NCBI GenBank assembly: GCA_964016885.1 | Contig: CAXHJY010000436.1 | Coordinates: 1 to 54,807 of the forward strand | DNA: 54,807 nt | Source: Eledone cirrhosa | Lineage: Eukaryota | Direction: 5' to 3' | Shown here: in pieces, positions 19,222-33,329 of the stretch | Numbering within the stretch: position 1 is the stretch's first letter | How the letters are laid out: every line of letters begins with the position of its first letter | Notes under the pieces: model-generated | Told to the model about the DNA's origin: nothing | Seen by the model: the letters and a program-made list of their open reading frames with translations, nothing else | The model's database searches: none | Program-made: the position numbers and the translations under genes

Positions 19222-19295
19222 TACCACGAACCAAAGTATCGTCTTCCTGCCTTCCTCCGGTTGCAACGTTTTTTGAAATATCCAGTTCTGCGTTT

Positions 19296-19371
19296 ACAGA
19301 TTGACTTTGTTAGTTTCAGAAGATCCCGTTAAGGGTGAAAGCAGCGATTCTTTGCTTAAACTTTAATCTGT
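19296..19371 (+). ncRNA. Type I hammerhead ribozyme, U4A core, extended stem I
   Basis: acagattga-ctttgtt-agttt CAGAAGA t-ccc-gttaa-ggg-t GAAA gca-gcgattctt-tgc-T-T aaact-ttaatctgt, followed by AATAAA. Confidence 0.7.
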
Positions 19372-19468
19372 TATTTTAATAAATATATATTATATATATA
19401 TATATATATTATACATATATATATATATTATATATATATATATATATATTATACATATATATATATAT

Positions 19469-19502
<34 letters not shown>

Positions 19503-19506
19503 ATAT

Positions 19507-19563
<57 letters not shown>

Positions 19564-19590
19564 ATTATATATATATATTATATATATATA

Positions 19591-19632
<42 letters not shown>

Positions 19633-19759
19633 ACGAAGGAAATGTGGTAAGGAACCAGGTGGACCATAATTATATATTATATATATATTATATATATATA
19701 TATTATATATATATATTATATATATATATATATTATATATGCGTATATTACTTCGTAAA

Positions 19760-20300
19760 TATATGCGTATATTACTTCGTTAACCTCTGTATTAACTCAA
19801 CAACTATTTAGCTTTGACAGTGTTGTCCCACTCATGTATACTATTGAAGATGAAGAGAAAGACTGTAAACACTAGCTTATCTTTAAAATTTAAAATTGAT
19901 ATACACTTCGATACTCTGTACATGCCAAACGCTTTCTTTTGCCTCATGACAGCTAGTTTTACACGCCGTAACGTTAGATACATTATATACCCCCCACCTA
20001 AGTAATGTCAGGGTCTCCTTAAATAATTTATTAATAGCATTGTTGTAATTGTTGTTATTGTTCTAATGGAATGCCATTACTACTTCATATAGTAGCCTGT
20101 ATATTCTTGTCTTGCCTGTGTATTTTCTTCATTCTCGCATGCTCCGAAGATCTGACTGGTTATAATTTTGTATTGGCGATCGAGTAACGCGAAAATAAGC
20201 GAATAACGATCTCTAGACCTACCAGCTCAGTGAAACAAATGTATGCTATGTGATTAAACCTTTTTTGTATAGAAAACCATGTCAACCTTCTTTCCTGATT
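19760..20300 (+). mobile_element. Non-coding HHR-bearing repeat; inverted copy of 1448-1976
   Basis: Aligned by eye with the reverse complement of 1448-1976. Confidence 0.75.
20135..20253 (+). ncRNA. Type I hammerhead ribozyme, U4C core (paralog of 1499-1617)
   Basis: tcgcatgct CCGAAGA tctgactggt...accagctcagt GAAA caaatg TA tgctatgtga. One stem I mismatch next to the cleavage site. Confidence 0.6.
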
Positions 20301-20471
20301 TATTATTACTCCAAGTGTTAACAACATAGGAATTACGGCATACCCGCAGTATCACTATGAAAACGCCTTGTTGAGTCAAACCAAGCCAAGCGTTAATATC
20401 ATCCACTACCTGGAATACCATAACTGGACTTTACCTAAGTGGACTGCATTTAACTATTATTTGTTACCCCG

Positions 20472-22885
<2,414 letters not shown>

Positions 22886-23009
22886 TCATACAACATATTT
22901 CTCTCATAACACGTCAGTGTTAGTTTCTGGCCGCCATTAAATATGCTGACAATTTGTAAGAGACGTGTTCGGTGGAAACGAAGTTGGTCACGGTTGGTAA
23001 ACAGCAGAG

Positions 23010-25905
23010 GAGTAGCAACACCACGACACCATCACCCCCACCTCATCCACTGCTACTACCACCACCACCTCATCCACCGCTTCTACCACACCACCACATC
23101 CACTACTACTACCACCACCATCTCATCCACCGCTACTACCACCATCAACACTACTGCCACCATCAACACCATCAACACCATCATCATCATCAACACCAGC
23201 ACCACCACCACCACCTCATCCACCACTACTACCACCATCATCATCACCACCAACACTACCTCCATCACCACCATCACTACTACCACCATCACCACAACCA
23301 CCACCACCACCACCACAATCACCACCAACACCACCACCCCAATACCACCATCACCTCCACCACCACTACTACTACCTCCGCCACTACCACCACTACCTCC
23401 CCAACACCACCACGTTCACCACCACCACCACCATCACCTCCACCACTACTACTACCTTCCCAACACCACCACCACTACCTCCCCAACAGCACCACCAACC
23501 CAACACCAACACCACCACCTCCACCACCACCACTACCTCCCCACCACCACCATTACCTTCCCAACACCACCATCTTCACCACCACTACTACTTCCCCAAC
23601 ACCACCACCCCAACACCAACACCTCTCCAACACCACCACCTTCACCACCACCATCACCACTGCTACTACCTCCAACACCACCACTACCTCCCCAACACCG
23701 CCACCACCCCAACACCACCATCACCACCACTACTACCTCCCCAACACCACCACCACTACCTCCCCAACACCACCACCACTACCTCCCCAACACCACCATC
23801 ACCACTACTACTACCTCCCCAACAAAACCACTACCACCACAACACCACCACTACCACCCCAACACCACTACCTCCCCAACACCACCATCACCACTTCTAC
23901 TACCTCCCCAACACCACCACTACCACCACTACCTCCCCAACACCACCACTACCACCCCAACACCACCACCCACAACAGCAATAATAACAGCAGCCACAAC
24001 AACAACAACAACAGTAGTAGAGACAGCAACAACAACACTAGTAACAACAACAACAACAGTAGCAAGAGCAACAACAACACTAACAACATCACTAACAACA
24101 ACACTAACAACATCACTAACAACAACACTAACAACATCACTAACAACAACACTACAACAACACTAACAACATCACTAACAACAACACTACAACAACACTA
24201 ACAACAACACTAACAACAACACTAACAACAACACTAACAACACTAACATAACACTAACAACAACACTAACAACAACACTGCAACAACACTAACAACATCA
24301 CTAACAACACTAACAACAACACTAACAACAACACTAACAACATCACTAACAACACTAACAACAACACTAACAACAACACTAACAACATCACTAACAACAC
24401 TAACAACATCACTAACAACACTAACAACAACACTAACAACAACACTAACAACATCACTAACAACACTAACAACAACACTAACAACAACACTAACAACATC
24501 ACTAACAACACTAACAACACTAACAACAACACTAACAACAACACTAACAACAACACTAACGACAACACTAACAACAACACTAACAACAACACTAACAACA
24601 ACACTAACAACAACACTAACAACACTAACAACACTAACAACAACACTAACAACATCACTAACAACACTAACAACAACACTAACAACATCACTAACAACAC
24701 TAACAACATCACTAACAACACTAACAACAACACTAACAACAACACTAACAACAACACTAACAACAACATCACTAACAACACTAACAAAAACACTAACAAC
24801 AACACTAACAACAACACTAACAACAACACTAACAACACTAACATAACACTAACAACAACACTAACAACAACACTAACAACATCACTAACAACAACACTAC
24901 AACAACACTAACAACATCACTAACAACACTAACAACAACACTAACAACAACACTAACAACATCACTAACAACAACACTAACAACATCACTAACAACACTA
25001 ACAACAACACTAACAACATCACTAACAACACTAACAACATCACTAACAACACTAACAACAACACTAACAACAACACTAACAACAACACTAACAACAACAC
25101 TAACAACATCACTAACAACACTAACAACAACACTAACAACATCACTAACAACACTAACAACAACACTAACAACAACACTAACAACAACACTAACAACATC
25201 ACTAACAACACTAACAACATCACTAACAACACTAACAACAACACTAACAACAACACTAACAACAACACTAACAACATCACTAACAACACTAACAACACTA
25301 ACAACAACACTAACAACAACACTAACAACAACACTAACAACAACACTAACAACATCACTAACAACACTAACAACATCACTAACAACACTAACAACAACAC
25401 TAACAACATCACTAACAACACTAACAACAACACTAACAACAGCAGTAGCGACAAAAACAACAACAGCAACAACAATAACAGAAACAGCAACACTAACAAC
25501 AACACTAACAACAACACTAACAACATCACTAACAACACTAACAACAACACTAACAACAACACTAACAACATCACTAACAACACTAACAACAACACTAACA
25601 ACAACACTAACAACAGCAGTAGAGACAAAAACAACAACAGCAACAACAATAACAGAAACAGCAACACTAACAACAACAACACTAACAACAACACTAACAA
25701 CACTAACAACAACACTAACAACAGCAGTAGAGACAAAAACAACAACAGCAACAACAATAACAGAAACAGCAACACTAACAAGAACAACACTAACAACAAT
25801 GAACAGTAACAACAACGGCGGCTGGTGGTGGCGGTGGCGGTTGGTGGCGGCGGTTGGTGGTGGTGTCAGTGGTGGTGGTGTCGGTGGTGGCGGCGGCTGG
25901 TGTTG
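23010..25905. repeat. Compound triplet-based satellite: (CAC/ACT)n, then ACTAACAAC(AAC/ATC) 9/12-mers, then a short (GGT/GGC)n tract
   Basis: Direct reading. Unit lengths are multiples of 3, which explains the long low-complexity ORFs. Confidence 0.93.
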
Positions 25906-26677
25906 TTTTCTTAAGCCATTATCTTCATAACTGATATAATTCCATTCATCTATTCCTTCAGCTATTCATCTTGTTCTCCCTAAAGAATCTTCGTCTATTA
26001 ACCATTTTATAGATCCTCATGTTTTACAGCTTTTACACAACAGAAACAAACACAACAACAACATATATAAACACAACAACAGCAACAGAAACATATATAA
26101 ACAAAACAACAACACCAACAACAACAACATATATAAACAAAACAACAGCAACAACAGCAAATATATCAACATTGGAAAGAAAAGGAAATAGAAAACTACA
26201 AGCAAATGTTAAAAAAAAAAAAAATATGTAAAAAGAATGAAAAAGAAATGTAAAGCACTAAATGAAAACACCTAGAAAACTCATCAAATATCGGCTGGAA
26301 ATAAAACAACACAAATAACACAAACAACACAACTAAACAAATAGATTTGCCAACCCTTCTAGCTATTCACATTTACATTATTTACCCTCGGGGAAATAAA
26401 TGGCCCTCAATGGTAAAGTTTTCTAAGTGTTGTAATGATACTAAACTAAACTAGATAACGTTCAGATTATATGCTCAGTTTTCAGAAGTGCATTTGTTGT
26501 TTTTATTAAAAAAAAACCTATATTTTATTATCTGTGTGGCAGTCATAGTTTATTATTGTTGTTGCTGTTGTTGTTGTTTCTTACATTGTTGCATTTTTTT
26601 TTTCATGCGTCTTCACTTTCCTCTATTACGTATGTTTTTTTATTTTATTTTATTTTGAAAAATTCTCTCTCTCAGAT

Positions 26678-26753
<76 letters not shown>

Positions 26754-26773
26754 GGAGAATATATATAAATATT

Positions 26774-26804
<31 letters not shown>

Positions 26805-26848
26805 GAGAGAGGGAGAAAATAAATATATATATATATATGAGAGAGGGA

Positions 26849-26903
<55 letters not shown>

Positions 26904-27142
26904 CAGCTATCTATCTATCTGTCGGTGATTTGGTAACATTTATTAGGAATATTGTGTGGGAGATGTATTGTAATTCCACAGGGATTAGTTTTTTTTTAAT
27001 ATAACGGAAGTTCTGAAAATAATTACTTTTGCAACAGTAATGCTTATTTCTCCAAGTTATTTGTTGTAGAGAAACATATATGTTGTAGAGAAAAGTAAGT
27101 TGGTTTAACCCGCCCTGCAATATTAGCCCTTACCGTTTCGCA

Positions 27143-27219
27143 CAGGGGTCGATTTAATCAATTCTCCCCTTCCTTTCAAATTGCTGGCCTTTTACCAAGA
27201 GTAGAAACAATTATTATTA
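27143..27219 (+). mobile_element. SINE 3' fragment
   Basis: ggggtcgatttaatc...ctggcctt...gtagaaacaattattatt matches the 3' part of the neighbouring SINE copies. Confidence 0.65.
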
Positions 27220-27222
27220 GGA

Positions 27223-27448
27223 AGGAGGATAAGCAGCAATCGGTAGAGCATCTGACAAAATGCTTTGTGTTATTTAGTACCAACTTTCTATGTTCTAAGT
27301 TCAAATCCCGCCGAGGTTAGCTTTACCTTTCATCCTTACGGGGTTGATAAAATAAAGTACCAGTAATGCACTGGGACCGATTTAATCGACCTTCCCCTCC
27401 ACCAGAATTGTTGGCCTTGTGCATAAATTAGAAAACATTATTATTATT
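27223..27448 (+). mobile_element. tRNA-derived SINE (octopus OR-like, Nin-domain-like core) with (ATT)n tail
   Basis: A-box-like agcagcaatcggtagagc, B box gttcaaatccc, core tttcatccttacggggttgataaaataaagtaccag, (att)n tail. Homologous to copies at 27548 and 44688. Confidence 0.8.
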
Positions 27449-27547
27449 AAAAGATGAACTTTTCTGTGTGAGAATATATCTCCGTCTTGTTAAATTGATT
27501 GTTTGAATAAGTTTTCTTCAAATATAACATTTAATGGCATTATTCTA

Positions 27548-27710
27548 CGGACGCCATGCTTTGACGCATAGAGTTACGGCCCTTGCCATTCTGAGTTCAA
27601 ATCCCGCCGAGGTTAACTTTGCCTTTCATCCTTACGGGGTCGATAAAATAAAATACCAGTAATGTACTGGGTAATTTGCTGGCCTTGTGCCAATAGTAGA
27701 AACAATTATT
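27548..27710 (+). mobile_element. tRNA-derived SINE, internally shortened copy
   Basis: gagttcaaatcccgccgaggttaactttgcctttcatccttacggggtcgataaaata...gtagaaacaattatt. Confidence 0.8.
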
Positions 27711-28129
27711 CTATGTAGAAATAAATAACCGCCAAAAATGGGAGAAAACAGTCAAGGTTTTGGACTTTTAACAACAACACCCACCCACCCCACCCCGCCG
27801 CCACACACACACACAGACATACACACACACACACACATACAGACCACACTACAGTCCCCCTCCCCCTTCTTCCCCGCAAAAAAATAAAAAGAACAAAAAA
27901 TAAATGACAACTGAAGAGAGAATAATTCAAAATAGTGTGGTGGGGTGGGGGAGGAATTAGGTCATTGGGTGCAACTAGTGGAAACGAGAGGCGTCTAAGT
28001 AAAATATGTGACGATTTCGGAAATACCGAAAGATGGATCATGTAAACAATCACTCCCCGCCCCTCTACCGGCCATGCCACCCACCAATGTCACTTCTGTT
28101 TCAAGGATGTCCCCCAAATACAAACATTC

Positions 28130-28802
28130 ACTCTCTCTATATATATATATATATATATGTATATAGAGAGAGAGAGAGATAGATATAGATAGATAGACAG
28201 ATAGAGAGAGAGAGAGAGAGAGATAGAAAGAGAGGGGGAGAGAGAGGAAATGTGGAGAAAGAGAAAAAGAGAGGAGGTAGAGAGAAACGGAAAGAGAGTG
28301 AGAGAGAGAGGGGGGAAATGTAGGGAGAGAGGGAATGAGAGGGAGGGATTTATAGATCTATATATTTACGCCTACATATATATATATACATACATATATA
28401 TATATATGTATGTATGTATATATCTATGTATGTATATTATATATATATATATGTATGTATAGATAGATAGATATATACATACATAAATATCTATACATAC
28501 ATATATATATACATACATATATATCTATATACATATATATATCTATATACATATATATCTATATACATATATATCTATATACATCTATATCGATATACAT
28601 CTATATCTATATACATCTATCTATATATACATATATACAGATACATACATACAGATACATGCATACAGATACATACATATATACATACATATACATGCAT
28701 ACAGATAGATACATACACATATATATAATATACATACATATACATATAATATACGTACACATACATAGAATATACATACACATACATGTAATATACATAT
28801 AC

Positions 28803-28833
<31 letters not shown>

Positions 28834-28987
28834 CATACATATATATATATACATATACATACATATATATATATACATACATATATATATATATACATAC
28901 ATATATATATATATATACATAGATATATATATACATAGATATATATATACATACATAGATATATATATACATACATATATATATACA
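28130..28987. repeat. (GA)n then (TA/TACA)n microsatellites
   Basis: Direct reading. Confidence 0.92.
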
Positions 28988-29032
28988 TGATGGCTGCCCC
29001 TCGTTATCGAGTATGGCCATTGCACGAGGAGA
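28988..29032 (-). mobile_element. Probable RTE-type LINE 3' terminus
   Basis: Minus strand gcaatggccatactcg-ataa-cgaggggcagcca forms a stem-loop similar to the terminus at 42215-42250 and to RTE 3' ends as I recall them. Confidence 0.5.
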
Positions 29033-29086
29033 AAAAAAAATTAATAAATAAATAAAAAATAAAATAAAAATAAAAAATAAAAATAA

Positions 29087-29119
<33 letters not shown>

Positions 29120-29455
29120 TACACATATACATACACATATGCACACACACACATATATACACACACACATACATTAATAACAATAATAATAATAATGATT
29201 TCATTTATTGGCCACAAGGGCCGACATATAGGGGACAACACAATAGACAGGGACAGTGGGGGTTTACATAGAGATCGAGTAAGTATAAATAACAAAAAAA
29301 CAAAAACAAAATAACAATAAAAATACAACAATGAAAGTTCCCCAATAAGAGGGATCACCACCCAGGGTTGACTCAAGCACCCCACCAGTCCTGAGCCACC
29401 CGACGCTCCTAGGGCACCCGGGAAGGGCACCCCTCTCCTTCTCGAATTCACCAGC

Positions 29456-32400
29456 CTACAGGCGCATGATCAGAGTAGGCCCACTCACGCGGGCCATTCT
29501 CGCCACATTCACCCACCTTTCAGTAAATGTACTGGGGGGCAGCACTTCTCTCTCCACCCTCACCTTCCTTTCCAAGTGAAACTTGAAGAAGTTGATGAGG
29601 GATTGGCCGAAGAGAAAAGTGTCTGTCTTCAGTCCTTTCAACCTGGTCCACCATGCAACCTCTTTCGCTACTGCCACCAGGCAGAGGAAAATTGCCTGCC
29701 CTTCCTGACCAAAAGAAGGCGGCGGGTCAATCTTCACTATGGACTCGGACGATAGCCGGATCCGTTCTACACGCGACAATAGCTGTTCGACATAACCCCA
29801 CAAGTCAGCAATGCACGGACACTGGACGAGTGCGTGCAGAACGGTTTCGTCGCTCTGCGCGCATCTCGGGCAGGTTCGTCTGACAGCACTTCCGTGCCTG
29901 TAGAGTTTATCCCGAACCGGCAGCGCCCCCCGGTAGCACTGCCAAGCGAGGGATTTCTGGAAGTTATCCATCGTCCCCGGCTCGAAAGTCCTCCGGAACA
30001 TACTGGTCAGTTCTACTTCGTTGACGCCCAGAGCCTCTCCTAGTACGTCATCGCACTTGCCCTCCACTAATCCTCTATAGAAATCTTGAGTGGAAGTTCC
30101 ACTGACCGCATTGCCCACCTTGCAGAGTGCAGTGAGCGCCTGGCAACATTCCAGATGCCAGTCGCCCAGTCTCGGTCTCTTCTTGACCCAGGACTGCAGC
30201 TCAGTCAAAGAGATGAGCTGCGGAAAGGCCCGTCTAACAAACGGCGACCACACCTGTTCACCGTTTAGGCAAAATATCTGGAGATGTCGCAGCCTCAGCG
30301 CATGTCTGCGCATCATTAGCCACGGCATGCCCAGCCCTCCACGAAGAGGGTGCTGGCAGCAGATGGACCGCCTCACCAACGGGACCCGTCCCCTCCACAA
30401 AAATTTGAAAAGGAGCCGTTCCAAATTGGCGAGGCGTGGACGGGGGCAAGGCACGACGGTCAGGCGGTAGTAGATGACGGACGCGATGTACGCGTTCGCC
30501 ACCTCCGCCCGCCCTTTCAGTGATAGCTTTCTCTCAGCCCATTTCTGGGTGAGGTTGGCTATCCTGCTCGTCACCTCGTCCCAATTCTTATCCACCTGGA
30601 GGTCTGGTCCGAACCAAACCCCGAGCAACTTTACCGGTCCGTCTGTCCAGCGCCCAACGACGCTGTTGGACGGCATGGACTTGCCTCTCCAGGTGCCGAG
30701 CTGCAAGCCCACCGACTTTTCCGGGTTAAGTTTTGCTCCCGTCAACCTTTCATATTCCTCCAAATGGGTGCGGATCACCTCGATTTCCGAGGTGTCCGAC
30801 ACCATCACGGTGATGTCGTCCGCATAAGCGGACGCAGCCTTTCTACGTCCCGGTTCGAGCGGGATGCCCTGCAACAACTCCAGCTTCCGCAGTAGAGGCT
30901 CAAGAGTCAATACGTACAGAAGTGAGGAGAGAGGGCACCCTTGACGGACCGATCGAGAGATCTGAAACGGTTCCGAGAGGTGGCCATTAACTTTGACCAC
31001 CGAGCGGATGCCGCTGTACATTGCAGCGATCCAGCTTCTGAAGACGGGGCCGAAGCCAGCCGCCTCGAGGACAGCCTCCAAGTACCGATGGTCGACCCTA
31101 TCGAATGCTTTCGATTGATCTAAATTGATCAGAGCCCCACCGAAGCCAGGTTTGCACCCAACCCTCTCTATGATGTATCGCATGAGGTGGAGGTTGTCGT
31201 GTATGGACCTGGTCGGGATTGCGCAAGTTTGCGCCTCCCCAACCAAATCTTTGACGACAAGCGCCAACCTTTTCGCTAACACCTTGGCCAAAATCTTAAA
31301 CTCTGTGTTGAGCAGGGTTATGGGCCTGAAATTATCTAGTGTGTCCCTCTTGTTCTCGTCTTTCCTTATCAGCGTCACTACGCCACGGCTCACAGAACTG
31401 GGAATGCTCCCGTTCTGCTGCCAGTTGCTGTAGAGCGCTTCGAGGAGATCGGAGAACAAGTCTGGCATATTTACGTAAAGCTCGTAGGGCAGACCATCCA
31501 AACCGGGTGACTTGCGACTCGAGCAGCCGACAAGGGCGTCCTGAATTTCGGCTGATGTTATCGGCTCTTCGCAGCGCTCAGCGTCGGCCGTCGAGAGGCG
31601 TGGCAAGCCGTCGAGGTAGGGACTGAAGTCCGCCGCCGTCTCCGACTCACCCATCCTCCCGAACAATCGAGCAAAGTGCTGGCGAAAGGCCTCACACATC
31701 TGCTTGGAATCGCTCAGTTCGTGTCCATCTCGATCCGTCAAAGACCGAATTGTGGTTTTATTTCCACGCTGCGTCTCTGCAAAGCGAGCCCATCGGGCAG
31801 CTTTGGTTCCCTCGTTCCTCAGAGCACGCGCCTTAGCTCTGACAATGCAACCTTCGTGTTTCGCATTGAAGAAATGGTCTAGTGCCATTCTCGCCGCTAG
31901 CACGTCTGTTGCAATGCCACTACAAATAGCCTCGTCTAACTTAGCTATCAGCCCCTCCTCTTTTCTATTTTTCTCTATTGCTACTTCTTTGCTAAATCCT
32001 ATCGAGGTTGCTCTAATCTCTCTTTTGAGTGCCCCCCACCACCTGTTGTTGACAACCCCCCCTGTCAACTTTTGCTTAACTAAGTTGTTGACCCGGTCCC
32101 TGTAAGCTTTACGTGCCGGAAACGACATGTTTAGCTTCCAGTAGCTAGGTCCTAACCTACGTGTCTTATCTAGGTCGACCGTACAGATCACAAGCTTGTG
32201 ATCTGAATAGGCAACCGTTTTAAAATGTGGACATCCTACACTATTTCTATCTCTTTTCCTAATGAAAATCCTATCTATGTACGATCTAGATGACCCTATG
32301 CGATTGGTCCAGGTCCATACTGGCGCATTAGGGAAATCTAGTCGGTACCTGTCAGACAGTTGAAACTGGCTGATCAGGTACTTGAGGCTTTTGCACCCCC

Positions 32401-32875
32401 CGCTCCTATCAGATACTCCCACACAATCCCAGCGTGCTTCTAAGATGCCATTCCAATCCCCTATTAACAGTAAAGGGCGAGACGTAAGCAGAAAGTTTTC
32501 CAGGCGCCTAAAGAAGTCCGGCCGACCGGCCCCAGTAGGGGCGTAGACGGCCACCAGTCTAAAGGCACCACCTTCGCTATTGCTCACGTCCAGGACCACC
32601 AACTTTCCGTCAGGATCCCGGAAGATTGACCTTACCTCGAGATCCAGACATTTCCTAAACAGCACAGCCACTCCACCTCCCATTCCCGGCCGACTAACAG
32701 ATGCAAAGATCTGATAATCGTCGAAAATCGGCGCCAGTGCGCGTGTGTCGGAAATTCTGGTCTCGCTGATGGCAATTACATCCATTCCTAGTGACCTGAG
32801 GTCGTTGAGCAAGTGACCTTGCTTCCAGGGCGACCCCAGGCCACGAACATTTAAACTTCCTACTCTTATGGCCAT
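29456..32875 (-). CDS. LINE ORF2: APE endonuclease + reverse transcriptase + C-terminal zinc finger (1139 aa, intact)
   Basis: SLNVRGL, ISET, VYAP, IGDWN, SYIDRIF, SDH, YWKLN, KSPGLDGLP, NFRPITLLN, LDQSKAFDRVDH, RQGCPLS, YADD, GGLG, CPRC..ETVLHALVQC. Confidence 0.97.
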   Translation of the reverse strand: MAIRVGSLNVRGLGSPWKQGHLLNDLRSLGMDVIAISETRISDTRALAPIFDDYQIFASVSRPGMGGGVAVLFRKCLDLEVRSIFRDPDGKLVVLDVSNSEGGAFRLVAVYAPTGAGRPDFFRRLENFLLTSRPLLLIGDWNGILEARWDCVGVSDRSGGCKSLKYLISQFQLSDRYRLDFPNAPVWTWTNRIGSSRSYIDRIFIRKRDRNSVGCPHFKTVAYSDHKLVICTVDLDKTRRLGPSYWKLNMSFPARKAYRDRVNNLVKQKLTGGVVNNRWWGALKREIRATSIGFSKEVAIEKNRKEEGLIAKLDEAICSGIATDVLAARMALDHFFNAKHEGCIVRAKARALRNEGTKAARWARFAETQRGNKTTIRSLTDRDGHELSDSKQMCEAFRQHFARLFGRMGESETAADFSPYLDGLPRLSTADAERCEEPITSAEIQDALVGCSSRKSPGLDGLPYELYVNMPDLFSDLLEALYSNWQQNGSIPSSVSRGVVTLIRKDENKRDTLDNFRPITLLNTEFKILAKVLAKRLALVVKDLVGEAQTCAIPTRSIHDNLHLMRYIIERVGCKPGFGGALINLDQSKAFDRVDHRYLEAVLEAAGFGPVFRSWIAAMYSGIRSVVKVNGHLSEPFQISRSVRQGCPLSSLLYVLTLEPLLRKLELLQGIPLEPGRRKAASAYADDITVMVSDTSEIEVIRTHLEEYERLTGAKLNPEKSVGLQLGTWRGKSMPSNSVVGRWTDGPVKLLGVWFGPDLQVDKNWDEVTSRIANLTQKWAERKLSLKGRAEVANAYIASVIYYRLTVVPCPRPRLANLERLLFKFLWRGRVPLVRRSICCQHPLRGGLGMPWLMMRRHALRLRHLQIFCLNGEQVWSPFVRRAFPQLISLTELQSWVKKRPRLGDWHLECCQALTALCKVGNAVSGTSTQDFYRGLVEGKCDDVLGEALGVNEVELTSMFRRTFEPGTMDNFQKSLAWQCYRGALPVRDKLYRHGSAVRRTCPRCAQSDETVLHALVQCPCIADLWGYVEQLLSRVERIRLSSESIVKIDPPPSFGQEGQAIFLCLVAVAKEVAWWTRLKGLKTDTFLFGQSLINFFKFHLERKVRVEREVLPPSTFTERWVNVARMARVSGPTLIMRL

Positions 32876-33329
32876 GCTGGCAGGATGAATGGGAGAGGAA
32901 AGGTTTACTTACCTTCCGGGGTCTTGTGAAGGTCGGGTGGTTCGACCTCCATGGTTTGTGGGGTTTCTTTTGGGAACCCCTTTAATAGTCTTGACGTGGG
33001 TTTTACGTTCGGGGTTCCCACATCCCGAGGAAAGCTCTTTCGAATTTCTTTGTATGAAGCGAGCGACATTCGCATCAGAAGCAAATTATCTGGTACGCGA
33101 AATGTGCTCGCTTCAAATGTTTCCCCGTCTTTTTCGATGTTTGTGCTTCGTGCTACATGGGCCATCAATTCCTTGTTGGCCCTTCTGGCAAGCACGAAGT
33201 TTTTAATGTTTTGTTGCTCGGGTTTTATTTGTTCGTGTGATTGTGGTGGTGATAGCTTTGTTAGTGTTGTTTCTATTGTGTCTGCGTTTGTTGTGGGTGG
33301 GGTGTCTGTAGTTTCTGATGTTTGTGTGT

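Noticed and set aside
19632-19672. 40-bp unique island within (TA)n
   Set aside because: Too short to assign; no second copy seen in the window.
19838-19885. TTGAAGA...GAAA hammerhead-like spacing
   Set aside because: No stem II or stem I pairing could be built.
22943-25815. His/Pro/Thr- and Val/Leu-rich ORFs as real genes
   Set aside because: They are open in several frames on both strands because of triplet repeats. No domain or splice evidence.
28006-28042. GTGACGA-tttcggaaataccgaaa hairpin as a hammerhead
   Set aside because: The GAAA is consumed by the hairpin stem, C3 is absent and there is no stem I.
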